Shown piece after piece: positions 63,395 through 64,000 of a DNA stretch of 64,000 bases. The stretch is from NCBI GenBank assembly GCA_964016885.1, contig OZ024741.1, positions 193,936,001 to 194,000,000 of the forward strand. The letters are read 5' to 3'. Under the pieces are notes generated by a model. It made no database searches and had not been told where the DNA came from. It saw nothing but the letters and a program-made list of their open reading frames with translations. Origin of the DNA: Eledone cirrhosa. Taxonomy: Eukaryota. The translations under genes were made by a program, and so were the position numbers. How positions within the stretch are numbered: the first letter of the stretch is position 1; each line of letters begins with the position of its first letter.

Positions 63395-63607
63395 TCATTT
63401 CTACAGCTGAGTAAACTGGAGCAATGTGAAATAAAGTGTCTTGCTCAAGGAAACAACACATCACCCGGTCTGAGAATTGAACTCACAACCTTTCGATTGC
63501 AAGGCCAATGCTCTAACTACTAAGCCATGTGCCTCCATATTACATTTATATATATGTATATTTATATTAAAATACAAATATTAATAAAATAGATGTTCTT
63601 TTGATCA

Positions 63608-63670
63608 ATTACATTTTATTATACATATTTCGGATGTACAACAGTACGTCCTCATCAGACAAAATATAAT
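63608..63670 (-). ncRNA. Type I hammerhead ribozyme motif (best-formed in the window)
   Basis: attatattttgt-CTGATGA-ggacgtac tgtt gtacatcc-GAAA-tatgta-TA-ataaaatgtaat. 12-bp stem I with 2 G-U pairs, and stem II 7/8 paired. Confidence 0.82.
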
Positions 63671-64000
63671 GATACATGACATACCCTGAGATGTTAAATG
63701 GTTAAGATTTAATCAAGGTAGTGATTAACCTAAGAGAAAATTTTACATTTATACCCTAATTATGAGAAAATGCGAAAACGTAATAAATTCAATAGAGGAT
63801 GCGTGAGTAAGAAAAACGTTGCTTAATGTAACAGTCATAGAGATTTTAAAATGTATGATACTACAATTTATCTATGAAAACATCTCATGAATCATAACAG
63901 CCAGTGATAGCCCCTGGAAAAGGATTAATAGAGAGGGAAAGATAAGGGAATATGCAGAAGGAGATTTTTCCCAAAAGTTAAACGGTTAATTTTGAAAATA

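Overview
This is AT-rich, microsatellite-laden eukaryotic DNA. An invertebrate, probably an octopod cephalopod, is inferred from the SINE/RTE repertoire and is not proven. One host gene is clear: a plus-strand, multi-exon DNAAF1/LRRC50 (axonemal dynein assembly factor 1). Ten coding exons were traced from 29812 to about 62011 and join in frame. They include an unusual 2058-bp phase-symmetric exon made largely of a 30-bp (10-aa) tandem repeat. The rest is a nested transposon landscape: a Tx1/L1-clade LINE, a young Ty3/Gypsy element sitting in a 58-bp satellite (with a -1 frameshift slippery site and predicted pseudoknot), many RTE, CR1 and CRE fragments, Nin-domain tRNA-SINEs, hAT MITEs with 8-bp TSDs, a deleted mariner, Helitron-like elements and fold-back DNA. 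The least obvious signal is a set of type I hammerhead ribozyme motifs (CUGANGA...GAAA...UH). They belong to several short non-coding, often palindromic elements of Penelope-pLTR/retrozyme type, and some lie in DNAAF1 introns. All calls were made by eye, and the boundaries of degenerate repeats are approximate.
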